Positions 53,948 through 64,000 of a DNA stretch of 64,000 bases are shown here, in pieces. The stretch comes from Leucoraja erinacea (Eukaryota), in assembly GCF_028641065.1 (NCBI RefSeq), contig NC_073393.1, positions 16,492,001 through 16,556,000 on the forward strand, written 5' to 3'. Numbering within the stretch: position 1 is the first letter of the stretch; every line of letters begins with the position of its first letter. The notes below the pieces were generated by a model. The model ran no database searches and was not told the DNA's origin. It saw only the letters and a list, made by a program, of their open reading frames with translations. The translations under genes were made by a program, and so were the position numbers.

Positions 53948-54764
53948 AAATGAGATGATTCATCCTCTACCACAGCCATCCTCACTACTGTACCATTCCA
54001 CTACAAATGGTACAAGGGATGTGGTTGCATTTGATATTTAAGTGCTTTGCAAGTAGTTGACTACATATCCAACCAGTTATATAATTGCTGCTAAAAATTA
54101 TTAAATTCAATTTAATCCAAAGAGCGTTTAAAAAAAAATTGTATTTCCGGAACTCTTCCTTGTTGGTATGTATCTTTTGGTTTCCTCCCCCGGTATATTG
54201 AAAAGCTTGAAATTTTTAATGTGTAAATCACCATCTTAACCTGTGAAATTCCAGGTTATTTTAAGAGGTCAGAGCTAGTTTCCCAATATGATATACAAGG
54301 AGTGCCAAAGCAGACAAGCTTGAATATGGCAGCACCATTGACTACTTCATGGGAGTGTTGAGGGGTCTCTGATTTGCTCTCAATATAAGCCTGAATCTCT
54401 TCAGCATATTGTCAGCATAAGAATATTGGACAGATTTTGACTAAGATGGCAATTCCAGGGCTGACTAGTCTAATTTACAAATGAGGGGGTAGATAAGTAT
54501 ATCCATTTTTGACCAGTCTTATGGAGACTAGTTGTTTCTGCAAATCTTGAAATTTGAGCAGGGACTGGCTTGTAATAATTGGGGATGTGGGCGGCAGAGA
54601 GAATAGTTCAGAAATCACTATTTAATCAAGGCCAGAATTTCCTTGCAAGATTAACTCTTTGGCAAGATGACAAATGATTAACTTTGCACATGTATGTCAA
54701 TCTATTATTTCTATCCTATATCTACATCTTTGTCATAATGTATTAACTTTTCTGTATACATGTC

Positions 54765-54779
54765 ATTAAAATAAATAAA
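54765..54779 (+). terminator. Poly(A) signal cluster of the anillin-like gene (3'UTR ~0.85 kb)
   Basis: Overlapping ATTAAA/AATAAA/AATAAA followed by a T/GT-rich stretch. Confidence 0.65.
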
Positions 54780-56700
54780 TATTTAAACGTGTGCACTTGT
54801 TCCCTGCTTTGTTCAGGTTCAATTGCCATCTTGCATTCTCTGAAACTGGAACTAATTTCACAGCCTAGCAATAAAATGAACCACACTGCAGGTGCTGGAA
54901 TTATTCAGGTTAATCAGCAAGCTTCTTGGGCCAGTATGTAGTCTTAGATTCAGTTAGGTGTAGGGAAAGGTTGGGGAAGATGGATTAAATAAAGCTAAAC
55001 ATGCAAGACAAGGTGGATAACATAAATTAAAATATGGGTTAAGAACAAGTGTGAAGTGGGATTTTCTGCTTGTCTTGCTGTAAAGGCTTGGTTGGAAGAT
55101 GAGCATTGACACCAAAATCAGACTCCCTGTTCAAAGCCCAGTTCTAGTTGAGGACCAAATATGCAGTCACCCCATAAGCATTTAGCTTCAGTGTTGTAGT
55201 GCAGACTTATATAAGTAGTTAATGCAGAATGCTAAATATATTTACTTTGTTGCAGCTGGTAACCATTAGGAGAGGTAAAAGGGTATGTGTAATACTTCTC
55301 TCACTTACTTGGGAGGAAGTTGGGGTTGATTTGCATACACCAGGGCATTGAAACAATCTATAACGTGCCACGTGGGAAAAGTTGATAAACCTACTTGATG
55401 TTGATGGCAGCATAGTAAATGGGGCTTCCGAAGGGCTTTAGAACCATGGTTTTATCTCAAACCAGTAATCATTTACCCAAAGCCAGTTTATCTAGTTCAA
55501 AACAAATCTCAGCTTGTCCCCTACCATGACCAGCAGCTGTAGTACTGGTAGTACATTATTATTATTAAGAAAAACATTATTTGAGGGATTGCCAAATATG
55601 GTTTCATATTGTGGAAAATCAAAATATGGACAGTTTTTCAGGCACACTATGCCCTCTGACTCGGGATTCATCTATACTCACTAGGCCAGTAAGTATAGCT
55701 TTAATTTTTGGCTCTCAATTTAGAAATATTTAAGCCCACATAAGCATCTGCAGTAACTGCAGATGCTAATCAGCTTTTAACCTAAGTGTTATTGAGTTAT
55801 GCCATTTATAAGTGGTCATGTATGATTTGTGAATTCTGTATGGGTGTTTCCACCATAACATGGGTTGCCCACACTTTATGCAAGCTCTAAGTGAACTGCA
55901 TCTAAATGTAATGTTCCTCTATGCCCCAGCATCACAGCATTGTTCGAAGAACAAGACCAAAAAAACAAAATTGCCAGAAGGCCTTTATTTCAAGAATTTC
56001 CACATCAGACACATTCCAGAACGGCCTCAGTTCTTCACGTGGGCTTTCTTCTTGATCAGCTACAAAATGCCAGCCATCAGCATACCATCAAAGATGAATG
56101 GGTCCATCCTGTGTGTGTCTCCTCTGGGATGAGACTTTCAATCCAATTACACTGACTGGTGTTTATGGAAATTATCTGATGCATGTTACATCTGAGAACA
56201 GTGTGTGGTAGTCTTGTTTACAAATGGCCGGTTCTGCATTCCATTGCATCTGAAACAAATCGCCATGAGTGAAGTAACCTGTCAAAAACATTGTCCAACC
56301 CCTCCCCTCCCCCAATTATAGCTGTTTATCACCTATCAAAAACTCCAATTTCCCCAACCGATCAATACAAATCTGTGGGTAATTGAAAACCCTAAAAAAA
56401 ATTATATTCACTAGTTCATCTGTGTCATGAAGTAAAGACTCCAGAATAACACAAGAGCAACATAAACTAATTTGCATTGATGCTATTGTTGATGATAAAT
56501 GGACAATGATCAATCAGCACTATAGTGGAATGCTTAACTCTAGATAACTTGTTTTCAACAATGGGCATTGAACATTCCAAGACCATTATGCACATGATCA
56601 CATAAACTAAGAAAATTGAGTACTGCACTTATTGCCTCAGCGTTGTAAGCATCTTTGCCGTCTCTGCAAGAGGCAGCTACAGTCAGTAAAATAAAGATCA

Positions 56701-56778
56701 AGTTCTCAGAGTAATTACTTTAACACTCCTCACTGACTGTTCAGATAATACATGCCAAACATTACTCATCATTGAACT
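56701..56778 (-). ncRNA. SNORD45: Box C/D snoRNA of the SNORD45 (U45) family
   Basis: Minus strand AGTTC-A-ATGATGA-gtaatgt-TTGGCATGTATTA-t-CTGA-acagtca-GTGAGGA-...-AATTACT-CTGA-GAACT. It has a 5-bp terminal stem and C, D', C', D boxes. The D' guide is complementary to the conserved 18S rRNA segment UAAUACAUGCC, and the +5 rule lands on the U equivalent to human Um172. Confidence 0.88.
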
Positions 56779-59700
56779 TGGGCACAGGGGAAAAAATAAA
56801 TAAAATACAGGGCTTAATGTCAAAATAACCTTTAAACAGAATGCAAAAAAAAAAGTTTATACGTGTAATATATACAGTATTATAACAATCATAAAATTAC
56901 TTCAAACAAATTGATCAATACATTGTTTATTAATAGAACCCAAGATTATAACATGCATACCAAACAAATCCTGTTTATATCGTATTGAACCTCATTATCC
57001 TTGCATATCACGCTGTTTTGACATCAATGGTTTCCAGTATCACCCATCGATTATTCATTTCACATGTATTTCCAACATCTTCATAGGAGATTAGGCAACC
57101 TTTCCTCACAAATGCCTTACCGAGATTGGGACTGCATCCTGTTTCCCAACAAATAGAAAAGGTTAGTGAATCATCTTTAAATACTTGGCCTGAAAAATTA
57201 TTGTTTGTGAAGCAATCCTCGGGTTCTTTCTGCGTGGAGCTTGCGCATAATTCCTGTGTCTGCAAGGGTTTCCTCGCACATCCCAAAGACATGTGGGTTT
57301 TTACGTTAATTGGCCGCTGTAATTGCTCCCAAAGTGGATATATGCTAAAAAATCTGTATATAGATCGGGGGAAAGGAAGTATCTATACAACTGTTCTACA
57401 AACTGTCCATGTTTTTTGAGTCAAAGCTTCAAATCTTCTTATGGTTGTTCAGATTTACTAGCAAATCATTCAAAACTAGATGGAAGAGAACAATTCCACA
57501 ATCACTCTAAAAATTAAGTACACGTTATAAAATCAAAATTAGGCATGAGGATTCTTCTTTAATTTATTTTAAAAAGTCCAATTACTCAGTTGATTTTAAC
57601 TTATTGCTTCTGATCAAGTTCCAAACATACCTTTTCAAATACAACTATCCGTGCACCACATTGTCCAACAGGTCTTCTCTGATGTGTGGCTTTCAGCATT
57701 GTAAACAAAATCATTGCCTTCCATCTCAGCACTCCCTCTAGCCTATTCTTCCATATTTGCCCTCAGCAGACTGAAGAAACACAAGAGAAATAAAAACATG
57801 TGAAAATTAGTTTGATATCTTTAAAGGAGAACATTGATGGTAATGGATGTGTAAAGGAGGTAATTAGCTACATCTAATTGTGGGATTCCCCCCCCCCCCC
57901 CCCCCTTCCTGCAATTTCCACATTAATCAATGTCGACATTTGTCACCGATGCAATAGCTTTTCGCTGAAAATTATTTGTCAGGATAATGGGCCATCTGGC
58001 AGTGTAGGTGCTCGCCAAGAATCCTAGATACTCCACACAGCCGGCGACAACACATTTCCCCCCAAAATGGTGCCATTCTGTGAGGACATTATGCAAGCAG
58101 CACAACAGCAAAAACCACCTGGAAGGATAATTAGGCATTAATCATATTGATGTCGGGCTGGAATCAAATAAAGACCACACCAACAACGCTGAAAAGCATC
58201 CTCTCCTAAAAGACGCGCATTACATTTATGGCAATTTTGTAACATAGCAATCATCACGTCATGATATTCACTTGCTGAGCGCCATCTTTTATTTCCAGTT
58301 GTCACAAAATTATTTTTTTAACAAATCTACAGGGGTTTGAACTTCCTTTTTTTTCATATTAGTCCAGGTCTCCAGATTACTACGTAATATGCCCATACCC
58401 GTTGTAATTTTGAGTTAATGGGCAAAGAGTTCTTGATTTAAAAAAAATTGATTTCCTTCTGCTGAATTGATTTCCTTGTTCCTCCTGCTCATTGTGCTGA
58501 TAAGATATGGGTAGCACAGTGGTGCAACATTTAACACTGCAGCTCCACATTCAATCCCGACAAGTTACTGTCAGTGTGAAGCTTGCACATTCTCCACCTG
58601 GGATTCCTGTCAATATCATGGTTCCCTCCCATGAGCCAATATATTCTAACAAGTATTTTGAAGGTGTTAATCAATGTAAATCCATAGCTAAATCCTAAAT
58701 ACCATTAATTCTGATGGAGTAATAGCTTTGATGAGTTAGTAGTTTTAAATTATGCAAGAGATGCTAATGTTTGGCTGCATTGCATGTACATGTGATTGCC
58801 TAACCATCTCCTCATTCCCTGGACATCGTGGTTTCATGAATGTTTTCATTAATTCATTTCAAATAAGCACCTCACTGAATATATGTATGCGAGATAACCC
58901 CATCCCGATCAGTCTCTTGGCGAGGTCGATATGGTGCACTGTTCAAGGATACGAGTATTGAATATTAATAAGACGTCTATGGATCAGTCTAGAGTTCGGG
59001 CTGGAAGCGTACTGCTGATAATGCTCACTTCATCAAAACACACAACGCAACTTAATGGGGGAATAAGTAAGTTGATTGGCCAAGTATTCACATACAAGGA
59101 ATTTGCCTTGGTGCTCGGCCCACAAGTAACATGACATAGTGACAGTTACGAATGACTAAGAAAACACTAAACATTAATAATAATAAAACATTAATGATAA
59201 AACACCATTGATCAAGCATGTGAACCAACAAAATACCAGATCATCTGACAAATATGTCAAAGGTAGTTTAGAGCAATGGTGTTATGCAGCATGGAAACAG
59301 GCCCTTTGGCCCACTGCGTGATGTACTATCCTGACTTACTGCATGACATATTCATAACACACAAGATTCCAAATATCACCTCAAACACCAATGCAATGAA
59401 TAACCTTTTGAACTGTTTTGGCAGCATTTGTAGGCATTAATCAAACGGGGGTTACCCTATACTGTTGGAGCAATCATTTTATAGCAGATGGCAAACAGAC
59501 TGCTCTCAGACTGCTGCAAAAGATTAAGGACAATGTTTTGAAGAGCAGAGATTTTCTCCACAGCAACAACAACCAGCATTTACAACAGATAACTTTTTTT
59601 TCCTACTGTCATACAAGGATCTTGCCGTATTTCAGAGGCTGTCACTAAATGCTTTCCACATTAAAGACATAAATGGCTCTACAAAAATGCCAGTGTTCTA

Positions 59701-59799
59701 CAGTTCTCCAACAATTGTAAGAATCATGTGCTTGCAGTACTTCAACATTTACTGCTCATTAGATCATTAGAACATGGATTCAAGGAAACAGAAAGAAAG

Positions 59800-59866
59800 T
59801 CCCAAGCTTTCCACAACTCATCACAGGCTGTTCAGGTAATACATGCCAAACATTACTCATCAGAGC
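59800..59866 (-). ncRNA. Second SNORD45-like copy with no recognisable D box (degenerate or pseudogene)
   Basis: TGATGAGTAATGTTTGGCATGTATTAcCTGAACAG is nearly identical to the 56.7-kb copy, followed by a perfect C' GTGATGA. No CTGA or terminal stem at the expected 3' position. Confidence 0.65.
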
Positions 59867-59989
59867 CAGGAAAGGAGAAAAAAGACATGGACAAGTAAAA
59901 CACTCCAATGAATTGACAGCCTGAATTGACTGACTCTGCATGTGGGCATAACAGAAAGGAAATGTATCCCAACCCAAACACTTGTATAA

Positions 59990-61060
59990 AGACAGACACA
60001 TAAATGCTGGAGTAACTCAGCAGGACAGGCACCAGAAGGAAAGAAAGGAATGGGTGCCATTTTGGGTCGAGACCCTTCTTCAGACTGATGTCAGGGGAGT
60101 GGGCGGCACAGAGATAAAATCTAGTTGGAGACAGTGAGACTGGTGGAAGAACTGGGAAGGGGAGGGGATGGAGAGAAAGAGAAAACAAGGGCTACTTGAA
60201 GTTAGATAAGTCAATGTTCATACCGTTGGGGTGTAAGCTACCCAAGCGAAATATGAGGCGCTGTTCCTCCAATTTGCACTGGGCTGCACTCTCTGACAAT
60301 GGAGGCGGCCCAGGACAGAAAGGTCAGATTGTGAATAAAAGGGGCAGTTAAAGTGCTGAGCAACCAGGAGATTAGGTTAGTTAAGACAGACTAAGCAGAG
60401 GTGTTCAGCAAAACGCAGAGCCTGTGCTTGGTCTCGCCGATATACAGGAGTTAACACCAGGAACAACGGATACAGTAGATGCGGTTGGAGGAAGTGCAAG
60501 TGAACCTCTGCCTCACCTGAAAAGATTTGGGATCCTTGGGTGGAGTCAAGGAGGGAGGTAAAGGGACAGGTGTTGCATCTCCTGCGGTTGCTGGGGAAAG
60601 TACCTGGGGAGGAGGTGGTTTGGGTGGGATGGGACGAGTTGACCACAGAGTTGTGGTGGGAACGGTCTCTGCAGAACGCCAAAATGGGTGGAGACGGGAA
60701 GGTGTGGCAAGTAGTGGGATCCGTTGGAGGTGGCGAAAACGTTGGAGGATTATATGTTGTATGTGACAGCGATAGGGTGGAAGGTGTGGAGGAGGGGGGG
60801 GGGGGGGGGGGACTCTGTCCTTGTTACGAATATGGGGAGGGGAAGCAAGAGCGGAGACCGTAGTGAGAGCCTCGTTTAAAATGGAAGAGGGAGACCCCCA
60901 TTCACTAAAGAATGAGGACATCTCCAATGACCTGTCATGGAAAACTTCATCCTGAGCACAGATGCTGCATAGACAGAGGAATTGGGAGTAGGGGATTGAG
61001 TATTTACAGGAAGCAGGGTGGGAAGAAGTGTTGTCTAGATAACAATGGAAATCAGTGGGT
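59990..61060 (-). mobile_element. Penelope-like retroelement remnant (RT thumb + GIY-YIG)
   Basis: [42 protein letters not shown]; same terminus as the 12.8-kb copy. Confidence 0.88.
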
Positions 61061-61399
61061 AAGTCTTTGAGATGTTGGAGCAGCCTGGGAAACCCACGTG
61101 CTCGCAGGGAAAATGCAAACCGCGCAGAGCTCAGGATCGAACTGGGGTCGCTGGAGCGCTCCATCTGTTGCACCTCCTGTAATTCAGACTTTGTATCTCA
61201 GTATGAATGACCACGCCGAGCTTTGGCGACACTAAATCAGGTTTACCAATGGAGTTGCCAGGCAACAGCTTTACTAGTTGTGTTAATTTAAATCCTAAGA
61301 ACATTCAGAATCAATTTACTTACCGTAAAATTGGATTGAAAGTACCAAATAGACGTGGGATTGAATACGAATAAACCTGGGATTGTAGCGCGTTATCTG

Positions 61400-61790
61400 A
61401 CCCGCGGCCGGAGGGCCCAACACGTGGCCTCCTGATACCCCGAGCTTGGAGCGGGAGCGCACACGCACCTGGCCCGCCGCCTCACGGAGGGAAAGTGCCT
61501 GACTGGCGATCAGGGGCCGCCCTGTTACCCCGAGTACGGAGCGGACCTCACTCACCTGCTGCCGCCTCATGGAGACGGAGGGAAAGATGGAGTACCCTCC
61601 GCTTGCCCCTCCTCCCAGCCATCTCCATGGTAACTACGCAGTGCGCGTTGACGAACCTCCCGGGGGGGGGGGGCGGGTACCTGCCGCGGAAGAGCCAATC
61701 GGGACCGTGAATTCCGCCTGATTGACATCTGACCGTCCAGAGAAATGATCTTTGGTCCAGAGCGCCTGTTCGGTTCCGCGACAGGCAATG
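61400..61790. promoter_or_regulatory. CpG-island promoter of the minus-strand host gene
   Basis: High CpG density; GCGGAAG (ETS-like) ~61686, CCAAT ~61695, X-box-like ATCTCCATGGTAAC 61621-61634. Confidence 0.65.
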
Positions 61791-62329
61791 CAGTTTCTTG
61801 CAAACAGGTGGGTGCCTGGAGATTGCTTCACATCGTCATTCCAGGTTTATATTGCAGCTGAAAGAAGTTGTGCTCTCCAATCTCCTACTTTGAGATTGGT
61901 AATAGCAAGATTAATTCATCACCTCTTGATGTATTTTGGCATCAGCTGCACCGCTAATATAAACTTGTTGTCAACATCTTTCTGAGCAAATCAGTCCAAA
62001 TAGCACCATAGCTCATTATTTTAGTGTGTCACAGTCGCTTTTCCTTTGACTTATGTATTATTGTTCTGATGCAGTGTCGCGCAGGGCAAGACCCAACATA
62101 TCAGCTGGCTTTCCCCTTTTGATGAAAGGCCCTTGACTGAAACGGCAATTGTTTATCTCCCCAGAGATGCGGCTTGACCCGATCAATGACTAGCGTTTTC
62201 TATGATGAGAGGACAGGTTAATGTGCTGAAACTTAGACAATATCTCAGTGCGCTGAATAATAATGGGGGCTTTTTAAAATTGCAGCTGGGATTGTAGCTC
62301 ATAGTGGTGGGAAATGTTCCATCAATCCT

Positions 62330-63910
62330 TCCATCCATCTATCCCCATGAGATCACCGACATGGTAGTGCTAACATTTTGTGCAGCACCTTACTCACCAT
62401 TGCCCTGTGGTGGTTTGTATAATGTTTTGTTCAGATTGAGGTTATATTTCACAAGTCATTGACAATTAAAAGTTTTTTAAAAATCCACTTTGAGAACAAT
62501 AACTTGACATATGATGGGAGATTCTGGCAGTTTGCAGCTATGATGTCACAATGGGATCTCACAGACCTCCAATCACAATCACATTTACATAAGCTGCTGT
62601 GAACAGTTCAGCGGCTAATCAACAGTGTAGGAATAAGCTCCGCCCAATGCAATGAGAGATTTCTTACAGAAGAGATTTCTTAAAGGAGAGAGAAGGAGTG
62701 GGGGATGATAGGAGACATTGTGTTTAGTGGGGGAGTGCGATAGGGGAGAGGTGAGAGAGGGAGAGACTGAGGGTAGGGAATGGGACAGGGAGAGGTGAGG
62801 GAGGGAGTGGAGGAGGGGAGGTGGACAGGGGAGAGAAGAGGGAGGGTGCAGACAAGGGTGTGTATGAGCCAAGGGTGTGTATGAGCCGTGCCTGCACAGT
62901 TGGGGGCTATAGGTGTGTGGTGGGATATTGCATTGGGGGAACGGGTTGTGTTGGGAAAAAGGATGAGTGGTGGAATCTTACATTGGGGAACAGGTTGTAT
63001 TGGGGACCAGGCCTCCCTCGGGGGCTATGGGTGAGTGGTGGAATATTATGTTGGGGGACCATGCCTCCAGTGTGACAGGGACCCAATGGGTCCCACTTGG
63101 TCTAGTATATTACTAAAACATCTATCTGTCTATATGTCTATCTGTCTATCTATCTATCTATCTATCCCAGAACTATGCCAAAACGGTACACGTAAAGTTT
63201 TTCCTTACTCACAATTGTCCTATGGTGGTTTTTGTCCAGTTTTGTTCTGATTGATGTTATAGTTTACAAGTTATTAACATTTTTAGCTTTACAAGATCCC
63301 ACTTTGAGAAGGATTTCTTCAAATCTGCACCGGCAGCTAAGACGTCACAATGGGATTGCTATCCCAGGACATTGAGTCCTTGGCAGCAAATGTCCTCGGG
63401 GAAGAATCTGCCAGCCTAACCGTGCACATTTGTGATTGCAAAGCCTTTTAATTGCTCTCTAAATTGAAAGTTTAATGATTCGATTTTGATTACTAAAGAT
63501 GGCACCTAAATCACATTAAAGAATTAAAAAATGTTAGTACAATTGCACTTTTTTAAAAGATTAAAATGAGGGAGAGCCGACCTGCACAGTTGGAATATTG
63601 AGTGGTCGAATATTGCGTAGGGGGACCAGGCCTCCCATGTGACAGGGACCCAATGTGTAGATCAATCACTCTTAGCTGATTTGATCCATGTCTGGTTTTT
63701 ACTGTTGTACACCCGATCCGTAATCCAGTCGAGTTTCTACTACATCATCTAGTGCGCCGGTTCAGCTATTCCTCAGATTCATCTTGGAGCTTGAACCTAC
63801 ACCAATTATGTGTATTTACGCTATATGTTTATGCCAATAAAGAACATATACAAAACTGAATGACTCAGTGTTTATACATCTTCGTCCACAATGGGTCCCA
63901 CTTGGTCTAG
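62330..63910 (+). mobile_element. Two tandem Helitron-like non-autonomous elements
   Basis: Both end in the hairpin GGGACCCAATGGGTCCC + ACTTGGTCTAG|T (63105, 63910). 62390-62540 is homologous to 63205-63360. The same terminus occurs at ~30168. Confidence 0.7.
63656..63888 (+). mobile_element. Solo LTR-like insertion, 233 bp
   Basis: TG...CA ends, 5-bp TSD CAATG (63651-63655, 63889-63893), internal AATAAA. Confidence 0.75.
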
Positions 63911-64000
63911 TTATACATTAAAAGTGCTCGGTCAGGAGAAAAGTAATATAAAATTTGTGCCATGATAAATCCTGTAAGAATATTGTAAGTTACATTGTAA

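Larger units (their letters stand above)
55965..61586 (-). ncRNA. Putative non-coding 5'TOP snoRNA host gene (SNHG-like). Exons ~61586-61556, 61396-61324?, 57770-57631, 57138-57121, 56278-~55965
   Basis: CpG island; start CTTTCCCTCCGTCTCC then donor CAG|GTGAGT. Canonical internal splice sites, including an 18-nt microexon with a CACTAAC branch point. AATAAA at 55989-55984 followed by a GU-rich tract. Only short ORFs. Intronic C/D snoRNAs lie on the same strand. Confidence 0.65.

Noticed and set aside
57631-57712. Short ORF MILFTMLKATHQRRPVGQCGARIVVFEK.. in the minus-strand gene as a protein
   Set aside because: Only ~42 codons after splicing, preceded by several upstream AUGs, and no known family recognised; a micropeptide cannot be strictly excluded.
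58140-58400. GTGATGA C-box on the minus strand as another snoRNA
   Set aside because: No D box or terminal stem; the region looks like a degenerate interspersed repeat similar to ~52060-52430.

Overview
Vertebrate genomic DNA. The repeat content (V-SINE/HE1-type SINEs, CR1, Rex1/Babar, Penelope) suggests a cartilaginous fish such as a skate or ray; this is an inference. Most of the window (about 8.27-54.8 kb, + strand) is one complete anillin-family gene. I reconstruct 1 non-coding and 24 coding GT-AG exons with compatible phases, giving about 952 aa with the anillin-homology (RBD/C2) and PH domains. It lacks the canonical ANLN N-terminal start, so it is probably a paralog. Its CpG-island promoter has a cell-cycle NRF1/E2F/CHR/CCAAT layout. 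A small spliced minus-strand gene (about 61.59 to 55.96 kb) converges on it. This gene starts with a 5'TOP-like tract, has no substantial ORF, and hosts one intact and one 3'-degenerate SNORD45/U45-type box C/D snoRNA. The introns are rich in transposon remnants, including Penelope ends with hammerhead-ribozyme cores, a near-perfect 304-bp palindrome, and a solo LTR inside a Helitron terminal hairpin. All coordinates were read by hand; repeat boundaries are approximate.
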